A stretch of DNA of 64,000 nt from Eledone cirrhosa (GCA_964016885.1 OZ024753.1:40486001-40550000); one strand, 5' to 3'. Shown: positions 14,437-28,671, counted from the stretch's first letter. Numbers and translations are program-made. The notes: generated from the letters alone by a model not told the origin.

Positions 14437-14628
14437 GAATTGTGGTAAGGAACCAGATGGACGATAACGCACCAGAGTACTCAATACTTAGGGTAATAGA
14501 GTGGGAAATAGGAAAAAGTATGACCCCCGACGGCAGAGCTCAAGCCGTTTCGACGGCTATTTCTATATATATATATAGGAAAAGAGTCAGGACCACAACG
14601 GCTGAGCTCCGGCCGTTTCGACAGCTGT
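14437..14628 (-). mobile_element. Family 'A' tandem copies (partial direct repeat separated by (TA)n)
   Basis: Reverse complement of tail plus HHR half (14437-14567) and a second short arm (14578-14628). Other short arms at 7069-7120 and 45129-45177. Confidence 0.7.
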
Positions 14629-14629
14629 A

Positions 14630-14752
<123 letters not shown>

Positions 14753-14887
14753 AGAGTGGATCTTGTATACTATGTGTTAGTAAAATTACAATTTGTTTCG
14801 ATCTTCGATTACCCTCTTCAAATTTACCCGCCAAACTCTATCAGCCAAAGAGTTTTCCCTCTTGTACTATCATCAACTCAGTCGTGA

Positions 14888-15200
14888 CCATCATCATCAT
14901 CACCAACATCATTACCATCACCACCATCATCGTCACCATCACCGTCACCATCGTCATCATCACCATCATCACCATCATCACCATCACCACCATCATCATC
15001 ACCTCCGTCACCATCATCACCATCATCACCATCACCATCACCACCACCATCACCATCATCACCATCACCACCATCACCATCATCATCATAACCATCATCA
15101 TCATCACCATCATCATCATCACCATCATCATCATCACCATCATCATCATCACCATCATCATTACCATCACCATCATCACCATCATCACCATCATCACCAT
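14888..15200. repeat. (CAT/CAC)n microsatellite
   Basis: Direct inspection. Confidence 0.95.
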
Positions 15201-16063
15201 CGTTGTCATTACATCAGTTTCAGCACAATGGAGACATGCTTGGGATAAATTGAGTTAACGATGCGTAATTTATTGACTAAATTGAAAGCAACGCCATTAC
15301 TGGCTTCTTGAAAGGAGTCAGGATTTGTGTAAAGCAATCAATTTGATGATGCTAGAGGTTAACGACGATGTTATTGATGATAGCAGTAGACTGATTGATT
15401 TTCTTGTTTCTAGAATAGTCTTTACTTCCTTTTTACTTTTGTTGTGTTTATTTATTTTTTTTGTTTTGTTACAAACTGATAGAAATATATACAGAAAGTA
15501 CGAGAGAGGGTGAGAGAGTGTGTGTTTGTGTGAGAGAGAGGTGTGAGAGAGGTGGAGAGTGTGGGTGAGAAGTGTGAGAGAGAGGTGGAGAGTGTGGGAG
15601 AGAGTTGGAGAGTGTGAGAGAGAGGTGTGAGAGAGGTGGAGAGTGTGAGAGAGAGGTGGAGAGTGTGAGAGAGAGGTGGAGAGTGTGACAGAGTGAGGTA
15701 TAGAGGGAGAAAGAGAAAGAGGGAGAGTGACAGAAAGCATACAGAGAAAATGAGCAAGAGAGGTAGGGAGAGAGAGAAAGTAAAGCATACAGAAAAAAGA
15801 GAATGAGAGAGGGAAAGAAGGAAAGAAGGAGAGAATGAGAGAGAGAGAATGGGAGTGAGAGAGAGAGAGAGATAGAGATAGATAGAAAGAGAGAGAGAGT
15901 GAGAGAGAGAGAGATAGATAGAAAGAGAGAAAGAGAGAGTGAGAGAGATAGATAGAAAGAGAGAGAGAGAGAGATGGGGAGAGAAAGAGAGATAGAGATA
16001 GAGAGAGAGATAGATAGAGAGAGAGAAAGAGAGAGAGTGAGAGAGAGAGAGAGAGAGAGATAG

Positions 16064-16430
16064 AGTTACGGCCCTTACCATTCTGAGTTCAAATCCCGCC
16101 GTGGTCAACTTTACCTTTCATCCTTACGGGTTTGATAAAATAAAGTACCAGTAATACACTGGGTAATTTTGCTGGCCTTGTGCCAAAAGTAGAAACGATT
16201 ATGTCATATTAGAGTATATTACATTATAGGAGACTTAAGGGGTCGATAAAATAAAGTACCAGTAATACACTGGGTAATTTGGCTGGCCTTGTGCCAAAAG
16301 TAGAAACGATTATGTCATATTAGAGTATATTACATTATAGGGGACTTAAGGGGTCGATAAAATAAAGTACCAGTAATACACTGGGATAATTGCTGGCCAT
16401 GTGCCAAATATAGAAACAATTACATTATAG
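16064..16430 (+). mobile_element. SINE with ~110-bp tandemly triplicated 3' part plus flank
   Basis: Unit ggggtcgataaaataaagtacc...cattatagg repeated. Confidence 0.8.
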
Positions 16431-16689
16431 GAGCCTGTCTACACACACACACACACAGACATAGACACACACATAGAGGCACACAAACGTACTGACACTC
16501 ACATACATACTGGCACATACTCACACACAGATAAACACCAGCTAAACGACTTTACATATTCCTAATTACTTTCATGTATACACACATGTTGGTATAATTA
16601 AATTCATACAAACATGGCGGAACTTCAGATATATATGTATCTATAGTAACAGATGGAACAGCACAAGCTAACTTGCAAGCACGATTCCA

Positions 16690-17075
16690 CCCGGAATGGT
16701 AGTATCGGTAGAGCGTCGGATAACATACTTTGTGGCATTGAGATATGGCCCATTACGTTCTGAGTTCAAATCCTGCCGAAGTGAGGTTTGTCTTTCATCC
16801 TTATGAGGGCGATAAAATTAAGTACCAGTTACACACTGGGGTTGATTTAATCGATTTTCCCCTCACCTCCAAAAGTGTTGGCTTTATGCCTGTGGATTGG
16901 CAGTATCAGTAGAGGGTCGGACGCCGTGCTTTCCAGCATAGTTACGTCCCTTTACGATCTGAGTTCAAATCCCGCCGAGGTTGACTTTGCCTTTTATCCT
17001 TACGGGGTCGATAAAATAAAGTACCAGTAATGCACTGGGTAATTGGTGGCCTTGTGCCTAAAGTAGAAACAATTA
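16690..17075 (+). mobile_element. Two tandem SINE copies (long-tail and short-tail subfamilies)
   Basis: Two B-boxes (gagttcaaatcc) and two bodies. Confidence 0.8.
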
Positions 17076-17137
<62 letters not shown>

Positions 17138-17139
<2 letters not shown>

Positions 17140-17331
17140 AAAAGAGTCAGGACCCCGACGGCTGAGTTCCGGCGGTTTCGACAGCTAGATCCGAACTGTT
17201 CCGATCTAGCTATCGAAGCGGCCAGAGCTCAGCCGTCGGGGTCCTGACTCTTTTCCTATTACCCACTCTACTACCCAAAGTATCGAGTACTCTGGTGCGT
17301 TATGGTCCATGTGGTTTTTTTACAAAACTTT

Positions 17332-17333
<2 letters not shown>
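17138..17333 (+). mobile_element. (TA)n-embedded fold-back family 'A' carrying an HHR 3' half (family consensus GAAA-CGGC-loop-GCCG-TC)
   Basis: Inverted repeat 17138-17190/17205-17257 followed by a conserved tail (cctattacccactctactacccaaagtatcgagtactctggtgcgttatggtcc). This copy reads GAAGCGGC. Confidence 0.75.
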
Positions 17334-17412
<79 letters not shown>

Positions 17413-17433
17413 TACATATATTTAATATAGAAA

Positions 17434-17484
17434 GGCTTCTACTGGACTAGAACTGTTTCATTCGGGAGAAGTCATCAGGAAGCC
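17434..17484 (-). ncRNA. Type I hammerhead ribozyme (GGCTTC family)
   Basis: Reverse strand reads GGCTTC-CTGATGA-C-TTC(tccc)GAA-T-GAAA-C(agttctagtcca)G-TA^GAAGCC. Homologous to copies at 38490-38585 and 61376-61482. Confidence 0.72.
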
Positions 17485-18378
17485 CTGATGCTTTGTATTG
17501 AGTACCAAACTTACTGTGAATACCCCCAGTTGAACCCGGGTTAAACTTATATATATATATATATATATATATATGCATTTATGTTTAAATACGTATGCAT
17601 ACTAGGGTTTCGATTAGTTTCATTAAGTGTGTGTATGTGTGTGGGGTGTATGTGGGAGTGTGTCTTTGTGTGCGATTCTCGCTATCGCTACTCGGAGTTT
17701 TCCGCTTCTGTACAATCTTTTAGTCGATACTGTAGTAAATGGAAAATAGTTAAGAAAAATAGTGGATTGAATTATTACTGATTCCTTGCTATCTTTGGTT
17801 TTTACACTTGAGCTAGTTATTTTTAGTGTCCTCTGTTTTTAGAGGCTCAGATTCCACTCTCTTCTTTTCACTGATCTTTGATCTTGAGCCAGGATGTAAA
17901 ACTTCGCCACGGGACGTAAAATTTATCTATTTACTCCACTCCTGTAAAGATATGCAGCCTGTATATTACCCAATATTATAAAGAATTTTTAACTTTCATT
18001 ATATTTCCAGATGTATTTTATAGAAGAATAGTGTTGATACCATCTGTGAATCTAAACTTGTAAATGTACTGATGGAATATACCGTGGTGTAGATTCAACC
18101 AGCGGTTATGAAAAAACAACGCAGGAGCAAAGGACTCCTAGCTGTGACCAGCCAGTATACTGTAGATTACATTCACCATATCTTTACTGGTTTCACTCTT
18201 TGTAAATGTTCCATGCAATGTAATATCCTAGAAGGTATTTATTGCAATATAACAACCTTAGTGCTAATAGATAAGTCTGTTAGTTATTTTAGTGATTTCT
18301 GTTTCTGGAAACACCATGCACCATGCTATGGGACATAACTACAGAGAGCTAGTTTTTATACAGTGCAAAATTAAACAC

Positions 18379-18507
<129 letters not shown>

Positions 18508-18627
18508 ATACTCATTCGTAAACACACAAACACCTACATACGAGAGTGAGCTGGAAAATTCATAGGCTGACTATAAAGATAGGATGCTAAAGCTATGAAT
18601 CTTGCATGCATTAATTTTAACTCTTCT

Positions 18628-18795
18628 TGGTAGAGTGTTGGATGCCATGCTTTGGCGCATAGAGTTACGGCCCTTGCCATTCTGAGTTCAAATCCCGCCG
18701 AGGTTAACTTTGCCTTTCATCCTTAGGGGGTCGATAAAATAAAGTACCAGTAATACACTTTGTAATTGCTGGCCTTGTGCCTAACGTAGAAACAA
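18628..18795 (+). mobile_element. tRNA-derived SINE with TSD
   Basis: Flanked by a direct repeat, attaattttaactcttctt. Confidence 0.85.
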
Positions 18796-19074
18796 TTAAT
18801 TTTAACTCTTCTTATTAATAACTGCATTATTTCTTTCCAAGGACTATATTAAAAAATAAACCTCATTTGGTCATTCCATGAGAGTATCTTGGTCTTCCTG
18901 TGAACGTTTCAGCCCCAAACCTTTCAGACGACCCTCTTATGTGTATGTATATTATGTCAGGTTAACCCCCAGGCTCACAGTTATATATTAAAACTTTAAT
19001 TCTAAAGGCTATGTCCTTGTATTAAAAACTGGACTAGCCACAACACAGAGAGGCTCTTCTACGAATGACGGATA

Positions 19075-19525
19075 ACAGTGACCAGTGGCGATGGCTAACT
19101 AAGATAGCGTCTAGAGTGGCACCTCAACGACTGGTTGCACCAGTGGCACACCCAGGGTGGCATATCTAGGGTAGCACTATAAAAACTGGTTGCACCAGTA
19201 GCATATCTAGGCTGGAACACTAACGACTGGCTGTACCAGTGGCACATCTAGGCTGGAATATCTGGGGTGGCACGTCTTGGGTATCACTCTAATAACTGGC
19301 TGTACCAGTGGCACATGTGGAGTGGCACATCTAGGGCGGCACTCAAGTGTGGCACATGTAGAGTGGCACATCTAGGGCGGCACTCAAGTGTGGCACATGT
19401 AGAGTGGCACATCTAGGGCGGCACTCAAGTGTGGCACATGTAGAGTGGCACATCTAGGGTGGCACATCAAGGGTAGCAGATGTAGGGTGGCACATGTAGG
19501 GTTGCACATCTAAGGTGGCACATTA
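19075..19525. repeat. GC-rich minisatellite: ~14-bp subunit (gtggcacatctagg) with a 41-bp higher-order unit
   Basis: 41-bp period at 19308, 19349, 19390, 19431. Confidence 0.9.
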
Positions 19526-20320
19526 AAGCCCTTTACGTCCTTAGTTCAAATCCCACCGAGGTTAACTTTGCCTTTCATCCTTACAGGGTCGATAAAATAA
19601 AGTACCAGTAATGTACTGTGGGTGGATTTAATCGTCTTTTCCCTACCCCAAAATTGCTGGCCTTGTGCCTATATAAGAAGCCATTATTATCGGTGGATTG
19701 GCACCATGCTTTGCAGCAAAGAGTTACGGCCCTTTATGGTCTGAGTTCAAATCCCGCCGAGGTTAAGTTTGTCTTTCATCCTTACGGGGTCGATAAAATG
19801 AAGTACCAGTAGTGCATTGGGGTCGATTTAATCAACTTTCCCCTCCCCACACAATTGCTGGCCTTGTGCCTAAATCAGAAACCATTATTATTATTATTAT
19901 TATTAATATCATTAATATTAATATAATTAGTTTGGTGGATTGGCAGTATCGGTAGAGGGTCGGACGCCATGCTTTGACGCATAGAGATACGCCCCTTGCC
20001 ATTCTGAGTTCAAATCCTGCCGAGGTTAACTTTACCTTTCATCCTTGCGGGGTCGATAAAATAAAGTACCAGTAATGCACTGGGTAGTTGCTGGCCTTGT
20101 GCCCAAAGTAGAAACAATTATTATTATAAATACCAGTAATGCACTGGGTAATTGCTGGCCTTGTGCCAAAAGTAGAAGCAATTATTATTATAAAGTACCA
20201 GTAATGCACTGGGTAATTGCTGGCCTTGTGCCAAAGGTAGAAGCAATTATTATTATAAAGTACCAGTAATGCACTGGGTAATTGCTGGCCTTGTGCCAAC
20301 AGTAGAAGCAATTATTATTA
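19525..20320 (+). mobile_element. SINE cluster (3 copies), the last with four tandem ~65-bp tails
   Basis: Repeated aaagtaccagtaatgcactgggtaattgctggccttgtgcc...caattattattat. Confidence 0.85.
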
Positions 20321-20780
20321 ATATCATTATTATTATTAATATTGGTTTCACTGCTAGACTCATTCGTTGTAATATCTCCTTTTGTCGCCGATGTTGCTGT
20401 TGCTCTTGTTGTAATTGTGTTGCTGGTGTTATCATTGTTGTTACTGGTGTGTTGTGTGTCGTATATTTTTACTGTTAGTAGTGTTGTTATTGTTGTTGTT
20501 GTTGTTCTGTGTGTATACATCGAACTAATGAATACAATTCATGCAGGCAGAAATGTTTGCGCAGCAAGTAACATTCACAGAACCGAACAAAGGAATGTTC
20601 ACTAGATCAATATTGATTTGTGTGGATCAGGGAAAAAGGATGCATGAAGGTGTTATATGGTTGGGTGGTGGGTGGATGGATGTATTGAGTGTGTGTTTGT
20701 GTGTGAAAACGTGAGTTTGAGTATATATGCGTGAGTGTGTGTGTGTGTGTGTGAATCTGTCTCTGTGAGTGAATATGTGC

Positions 20781-20834
<54 letters not shown>

Positions 20835-20919
20835 ACATTCTAAACACATTTGTAGTGGTAAAATATGTGAAGGAGGGGTACTGAAAAGATAGAACAACAA
20901 AAACAAAAAAAATAGAAGG

Positions 20920-21450
20920 AAGATGAAGATGGAGAACGAGAAATAAGGAGATGAGAACGAGAAAGAAGGAGATGAGAATGAGAAATAAGGAGATGAGAAT
21001 GAGAAATAAGGAGATGGAGAACGAGAAAGAAGGAGATGAGAACGAGAAAGAAGGAGATGAGAACGAGAAAGAAGGAGATGAGAATGAGAAATAAGGAGAT
21101 GGAGAACGAGAAAGAAGGAGATGAGAACGAGAAAGAAGGAGATGAGAACGAGAAAGAAGGAGATGAGAACGAGAAAGAAGGAGATGAGAATGAGAAATAA
21201 GGAGATGGAGAACGAGAAAGAAGGAGATGAGAACGAGAAAGAAGGAGATGAGAACGAGAAAGAAGAAGATGAGAACGAAAAAGAAGAAGATGAGAACGAA
21301 AAAGAAGATGAGAACGAGAAATAAGGAGATGAGAATGAGAAAGAAGAGAATGAAAACGAACAAGAAGAAAATGAGGACGAGGAGGATGAAGATGGAGAAG
21401 GAGAAAGAAGAGGATGAGAACGAAAAAAAAAGATGAGAACGAGAAAGGAA
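20920..21450. repeat. 21-bp purine minisatellite (gagatgagaacgagaaagaag)n
   Basis: Direct inspection. Confidence 0.92.
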
Positions 21451-21822
21451 AATATTAAGATTGTGTAAGATGGTGAACATATTTATATTTCTATATTTCT
21501 ATTTCAGATATTGAAGCCCTTAGTTTTCACAATAGTGGATATATTCAACTGAATATTATTAGGAAGAAGAAAGAAAATAACGAAAACAAAATCAATAATA
21601 TATATAAAAAATAAAAATAAAAAAAATAAAATAATCGATACCTCACTCGTTTAGAAAATAGTTGAAAGAATACACATATATTCCTCCACATGTATTCCCA
21701 TATATATTCCCACATGTAAAACACATGTATAAACACATCGTTATTGTATTGTATGATGTGTATCTGTGTATGTGTACTGTGTATGTTGGTATATACATAC
21801 ATATATTCATATATATATATAC

Positions 21823-21858
<36 letters not shown>

Positions 21859-21887
21859 CTATAGGTATAATTATAGGAAAATGTATA

Positions 21888-21920
<33 letters not shown>

Positions 21921-22231
21921 AGCTGCATAACTGCGAAAAAGAAGACCTTGCTACAAGCTGTGTTATGTTTTATAGTGAAACCTACTCTAGTTTTATGACA
22001 ATTTGTTCATAATGCATCTAAATTGTTTCATTGTTTTGAGTGTGTTGTAAACAATATTGAAACTACATATAGAGAGATCACATCAAACATGGACCCCTTT
22101 AAACGTTACGTAGTAACCTCCATTTTCTTTTTTATTGTTTAATCCAGGAAGGAAGGGTGTGTTCTACCACTTGTTCCAGCAATCCTTAGATTAGTAGGTG
22201 CAAGGAGTTAGATTATCGACAGGCTTTAAAG

Positions 22232-22282
22232 TAGGCATGGGTAACCTTTTTCGAGAAGCGGGCCGCAGGTTGCCGATGGCTG
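22232..22282. mobile_element. 51-bp hAT-type micro-MITE
   Basis: Imperfect TIRs TAGGCATGGGTAACCT / AGGTTGCCGATGGCTG; perfect 8-bp TSD CTTTAAAG. Confidence 0.7.
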
Positions 22283-23493
22283 CTTTAAAGGTTTGCAACA
22301 TAATAGATCCCGCTAAAACCATCTAAGGATCTGATGATGGTATTAAAACAGGTGGCGTATTTAGCCTACCTAATTAGGTAATATTTGAATTTGAAAATAG
22401 AACCTAATGAACTGGTGCAAATAGTGTAAACTATCTTTTCCTGCACTCTAACTATTTTATTAATGCATCCTGGGGTTAGTATTTTAATTTTTCCTCTCTG
22501 AATGGATGAAAGGTAAAGGTGCGCCGACTGGGATTTGAACTCAGAGCGCAATAATTCGGAACCAACACTACCAAATATTTATGTCCTGCTACATAAGATC
22601 CCTCCACTTCCACCCCACTACCTCCACTACCACCCCACTACCACCACCACTACCACCCCACTACCACCACCACGTCGTAGGTATGAAATATGGCCTTCAC
22701 CGGAAATTATTATCAGTTTCTGTGTTTCCCATTTTCTTTACGTAAGAAGGGGACTGGGTTATTAGAATTGGTAGACCGTCAGCTAAAATAAGATTGCAGT
22801 TTATGTTCTGGCCCTGTACCGTCTGAGTTCGAATCTTGCCGAGTTCAGACACGCCTTTCATCGTTCCAGTAGAAAATAAAGTATTAATCAAGAACTGGAG
22901 TTGATTCAATGACTGTTGCCCCTCCCTCCAAATTTGCTGGTCTTCTGCCTACATTAAAAAGCCAAATACTTTAACCTGAGATTATAGAAATTCGAGAGAC
23001 TGGGTTCGAATCCTAAGCAATAATAAAATTTATTTTCTTTTCTTTATATTCATTCATTTAAAGACGAATGGAAGAAATACTTTCCAAGTAGAACACATAG
23101 GCATTGGTCTTCTTTTCTTCTTCTTCTTCTTTTTCTTCTTCTTCTTCTTCTTCTTCTTCTTCTTCTTTCACTACCACCTCCTCCTCCTCAACGCACCTAA
23201 AAAAAAAGTAGACATGTCAGGGGGTCCGAGAAGTACTTCAAGATGAAAGGAACTTAGAATAAGGTACAGCTGTTTCCTCAGTTCTGACATAAATGTCAGA
23301 GAAACACATGTGCGGACATAGTGATCGGATGTTCGCTAAAAAGCAAGAGAAATCCATCTTAGGCCGTTTAACAAACAGGTGCTGAGTTATATGTATATAT
23401 ACATACACACACATATATATATATATATTTATATATATATATATATGCATTTAAAGAAACACACAGGTACACACACGCACACACAAACACCCG

Positions 23494-23530
<37 letters not shown>

Positions 23531-23552
23531 GTGTGTATATATATATATATAT

Positions 23553-23595
<43 letters not shown>

Positions 23596-23636
23596 TAAAT
23601 ATATATATACATATACATATACATATATATATATAC

Positions 23637-23719
<83 letters not shown>

Positions 23720-23725
<6 letters not shown>

Positions 23726-23818
23726 GTCTGAGAAAAGTAGACACACTTCAACACCATTCTAATAAATATTGCCTCTACAGATAATCAAAGTATGTATACA
23801 TTTTTGGGGGACACCCTA
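23720..23818. mobile_element. Tc1/mariner-type MITE
   Basis: TAGGGTGTC...GACACCCTA ends; inverted homologue of 44463-44560. Confidence 0.7.
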
Positions 23819-23819
23819 C

Positions 23820-23856
<37 letters not shown>

Positions 23857-23859
<3 letters not shown>

Positions 23860-23978
23860 TATTTTGCAATACACTGTATGCTTAATTAAAAGCATTTTGA
23901 TGACCTTACGCTGTTTGTTGAAAAAAGAAGTAAGTGACATACTTTAATTAAGCATACAGTGTATTGCAAAATACACTG
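23857..23978. repeat. Inverted repeat (~35-bp arms) with degenerate HHR-like spacer
   Basis: agtgtattttgcaatacactgtatgcttaattaaa and its reverse complement flank CATT-TTGATGA...GAAA...GTA-AGTG. Confidence 0.7.
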
Positions 23979-24717
23979 TATATACATTCATATATATATC
24001 GCTATTTCAGAGAACCAATTCTAATTTTATATATATATATATATATAATGTACAAACATACATACATATACATCTGTGTGTTTGTGTGATTGTGTGTGTT
24101 TGGGTGCATGTGTGCGTTTATTTGTTTGTCTTCTCTCATTTTGAATTCGTTCGTCTCAAAATGAGTTCGTTTCCAAAGACCAAATAAATCAATATTTACT
24201 CATACAGAAATCTAACAATATAGGCGGAAAGAAATGGAATCAATATATTTGATCATTGGTTGACTGAATCACATTTGACCTGGGGCTAAACAACAGTAAC
24301 AACAACAGAACTATCAACAGTATTGTTACTCTCATTTCATCTCCCCCACCTCATAACCAGCATCATCACCACCACAACTATCATCAAGGGAACCATCATC
24401 ACCACTAATACTTTCATAGCATGTATCTATGAAATGGCCCGATTGAATGGGCTTTCTCTGTATATAAACCTGTAGGTTGAGGAAGATAAACAGGGAAGAC
24501 GGTAACACCTGCAAAACGTGTTCCTGGTATTGAGGGTTGTTCTATCCACGAGGTGTAAAACAACCCCGCAGTAGCGTTACCCACCTAATGGGGATTTCAA
24601 TTGTTTTATTTTTATATAGTTTATTGTTATTTATCATTGTTAAAGATTTTATGTAAAACCCCCTCCGTCACGTCTTGTAATGTCCCACTTTTGTACGCCC
24701 CTGTGGCAAATAAAGGA

Positions 24718-24749
<32 letters not shown>

Positions 24750-24795
24750 GTTTTATTTTGTATATATTTTATTGTTACCCATTATTATTGTTAAA

Positions 24796-24982
24796 GGCGG
24801 TGGATTGGCAGTATCGGTAGAGAGTCGGACGCCATGCTTTCCAGCATAGTTACGTCCCTTTACGATCTGAGTTCAAATCCCGCCGAGGTTGACTTTGCCT
24901 TTCATCCTTACGGGGTCGATAAAATAAAGTACCAGTAATGCGCTGGGTAATTGCTGGCCTTGTGTCTAAAGTAGAAACAATT
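24796..24982 (+). mobile_element. Full-length tRNA-derived SINE with 12-bp TSD
   Basis: GGCGGTGGATTGGCAGTATCGG head; TSD ttattgttaaag. Confidence 0.9.
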
Positions 24983-26028
24983 ATTGTTAAAGATTTTTAT
25001 GTAAAACCCCCGTCATCACGTCTTGTAATGTCCCATTTTTGTACGCCCCCGTGGCAAATAAAAGAATATATCTATTAATATTGATTTAGGATTTAGGCAC
25101 AAGCCCAGCAAATTTGAGTAAAGGGAAATGTTGATGAAATTGACCCAGTTTATGACTGGTATAATATTTTATTGTCAACGGAAAGATCCGCATTTGAACG
25201 TAAAGAAGTAGAAAAAACTAAAGCAAAGTATATTAGTATATTAGTCTATTATCCGACGTTCTAAAAATTCTACCAATACATTAACTTTGTTTATCTATTG
25301 TTTTCTGATTGAGGAACATGTTCAAAGTCTTGGGGGTGGGTAAAATTGATTAAATCAATCTCAATGTGGTTTGGTGCTTTAATTTATCGAATCAGTAAAT
25401 ATGAAAGGCGAAACTAACCTCGGTGAGATTTGAACTCAGAACGTAAAGGGCTTTAAATCTGTGCTGAGAACCTTGTTTGAGAGAAAATACGATCAAATTA
25501 ACCCCAGAACATTACTGGTACTTTATTTTATGGACCCTGCAAGGATGAAAGGTAAATCTATCTACCCTCAGTGTGTTTTGAACTAAGAACGAATAGCGTT
25601 GTAACTAAAAGCCTGCAATTATCCTCGTCATCATCATCATCATCATCATAATAATAATCACCATCATCATCATCATCATCGTCATCATCATCATCATCAT
25701 CATCATCACAGTCATCACCATCATCATCAACCTCATCATCAACAGCCACATCATCATCATCATCATCATCATCATCATTATCGTCAACAACACAATCATC
25801 ATCATCATCATCATCATCATCAATTCCGGCGGTGTTGTCTTCTTGATCGTCATCATCGCCATCATGGCCGTTGTCGTCAATAGCAACAGTATCGACGATC
25901 AAAACAACAAAGGCCGCAGCTGGCCAAGATATGTGTCACGTGTTAATTGCGTGTGCATGTTTAATCAGGGCCTTTGAAATGTGAATATGCTAATAGAGTA
26001 GCTGTGTATATATGTCAGGAAATATGTT

Positions 26029-26139
<111 letters not shown>

Positions 26140-26243
26140 CTCTGTTTGTGTGTGTGTGGACGTTCACACGCACACTCACACAACGTTAATGGGCAAGAAT
26201 ACATCATATTTGCAGACACACATCTATATGTATATATATATAC

Positions 26244-26369
<126 letters not shown>

Positions 26370-26382
26370 GTATATATATATG

Positions 26383-26413
<31 letters not shown>

Positions 26414-26414
26414 G

Positions 26415-26471
<57 letters not shown>

Positions 26472-27334
26472 GTATATATATGTGTATATACATGTATATA
26501 TATATGTATATATATGTGTATATACATGTATATATATATGTATATATATATATGTATATATATATATATGTATATGTGTATGTATATATATGTATATATA
26601 TATATGTATATATATATATATGTGTGTATATATATATGCGCGCGCGTGTGTGTGTATTTTATGTGTGTGTACATGTTTTCTTTACTAGATACATACATAT
26701 ATAAACATAAATAATAAAGTCACATCTGTTATTCTAGAGAGGATATTGATTGAGGACTTCCCGATTTATAATCCCACCAGTAGTACTACATCCCATTTAT
26801 TGTTGTTTGTTAATATTGAAGTTTATATATGGTCGTTAGAGCTGCTAGAAATAGCTGCAAATTACCCTCCAATCTCACCAATCTCACTTAACGCAGGAAA
26901 AAATACGTTAGATAATTTATTTTTTAGATACATTTTTAAAATAAAATCTGTGATGGTTACTGTTGGAATATATCTGAGAGCAGATGAAGGGCGGTGTGTT
27001 GGCAGTATCGCTAGAGCGTCGAACAACATGCTTTGTGGCATAGAGTTATGTCCTGAGTTTAAATCTCGTCGTGGTTAGCTTTGACTTTCATTCTTAAGGG
27101 GTTAATAAAATAAAGCACCAGATTTGCACTTGGGTCGACTTAATCAACCTTTTCCTCCCATAAATTTGTTGGCCTTGTGCCTAAGTCAGCAACCATATAT
27201 TTGATACTGTATCATCTCGCTGGGTTATGAATTCAAATATCACACTGCCCAGCAAGATAGCTGCAAACATGTACTGTAGTATGTAGCGGCTATAGTTCAC
27301 GTTTGGAAAAGGCAGGCGTGTAATGAAAATATCA

Positions 27335-28090
27335 GTAAGTTATATTATCCTACAGGTTTGTGCTCAAATGTTTATTATAGCCGTTAACTGCAGAAACTAC
27401 GGCCTACTATTAACAACCATAGCCGCTAAGCTATCTAGCCGCAGGTGTGATCCTTGCGAGTTGGAATGGCTCTTCCAGCGCATCTCCCTTACCATCAGCA
27501 AGTCATATTATCCTCAAAGGTTTGCGCTCAAAGGTTTGTTATAGCTGTTAACTGCAAAAACTACGGCCTATTATTCACCACCATAGGCGCTGAGCTATCC
27601 ATTCGCAGGTGTGATACTCGCGAGTTGGAATGGTTCTTCCAGCGCATCTCCCTTACCATCAGCAAGTCATATTATCCTCAAAGGTTTGCGCTCAAAGGTT
27701 TGTTATAGCTGTTAACTGCAAAAACTACGGCCTATTATTCACCACCATAGGCGCTGAGCTATCCATTCGCAGGTGTGATACTCGCGAGTTGGAATGGCTC
27801 TTCCAGCGCATCTCCCTTACCATCAGCAAGTCATATTATCCTCAAAGGTTTGCGCTCAAAGGTTTGTTATAGCTGTTAACTGCAGAAACTACGGCCTATT
27901 ATTCACAACCATAGCTATACAGCCGCAGGTGTGAGCCTCACGAGTTGGAATGGTTCTTCCAGCGCATCTCCCTTACCATCCACCGGGGGAACGCCTTCTC
28001 CACCCTGTCCGCCGTGTCTTTGGGGAGGCCAACACGTGGCACCCCATTTGCTCACCATACTGATTAATAGGCAAAGTTATAAACTATTGT
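27335..28090 (+). repeat. 164-bp tandem array (~4 units) built from a CRE LINE fragment, ending in the native CRE 3' end
   Basis: Period 164 (27347, 27511, 27675, 27839). Each unit encodes ELEWLFQRISLTI; the last continues HRGNAFSTL and has the same 3'UTR as 41032-41060. Confidence 0.9.
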
Positions 28091-28149
28091 AAATAAACCT
28101 ATTTAATTGCTCTTTAAAAAACGAAAGAGATTATAGGTTTTCTCACGAA

Positions 28150-28440
28150 ATAGGATAGGAATAGCAGTCAAATCTCACCCCTGTCAAATTTTAAGAAAAA
28201 AAAATCGGACACATTGAATAATATATTTTTTGAAAGGCTTTTAATTGTTCAACACTGCTATAGTTAAACAGATAACGGTTGGTTGGTAAATAATCCATTT
28301 TAAGAGATCTGCACGTTACATCAGATAAGGTAGTCGTAATGTCTTCGTCCCTCCCACCATAATGGAGAGGTTTATGGATAAAATGCCTTTCATCATAGAT
28401 CTGCTGGATTAGAGTTGATCTGGGGCTAAACAACAGCTAT
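28150..28440 (+). mobile_element. Old dispersed repeat (tagaaatagcag...aaatctc...ggggctaaacaac family)
   Basis: Diverged matches at ~11350-11490(-), 24280, 26840-26950, 33620-33800(-), 43345-43530(-) and 62690-62860. Confidence 0.5.
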
Positions 28441-28671
28441 CAACTGTAGAAAAGCGAGCTCTCTTTGGTCTTTACGTCAGTCACAAATTCGCGATTACTT
28501 CCAGAAAGATCTGATGACTATACCATTGACTATTATAGTAAATAAGAACAAAAGAATTGCTGTGTTTATACATGTGTGCCTCTTTGTATGTTTCTATATA
28601 TATATATATGTGTGTATGTGTGTTTGTTTATATGTATGTGTGTGTGTGTTTATATATAAATTTATGTGTGT

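Noticed and set aside
18005-18205. Acceptor-like tttccag followed by Cys-containing frame (CKCTDGIYRG)
   Set aside because: Stops or frameshifts in all frames after the acceptor; homology not supportable.
19308-19470. Regularly spaced repeats (CRISPR-like look), also at 45655 and 58150
   Set aside because: No unique spacers and a eukaryotic context; ordinary minisatellites.
20653-21480. 275-aa ORF and DENEKE repeats
   Set aside because: Derived from a 21-bp minisatellite with frequent phase changes.
21500-21610. Strong acceptor-like tttctatttcag
   Set aside because: Downstream frame is short and low-complexity, with no donor and no recognisable protein.
24601-25075. Apparent ~90-bp TSD around a SINE
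   Set aside because: Better explained as an older tandem duplication with the SINE inserted in the second copy (true TSD 12 bp).
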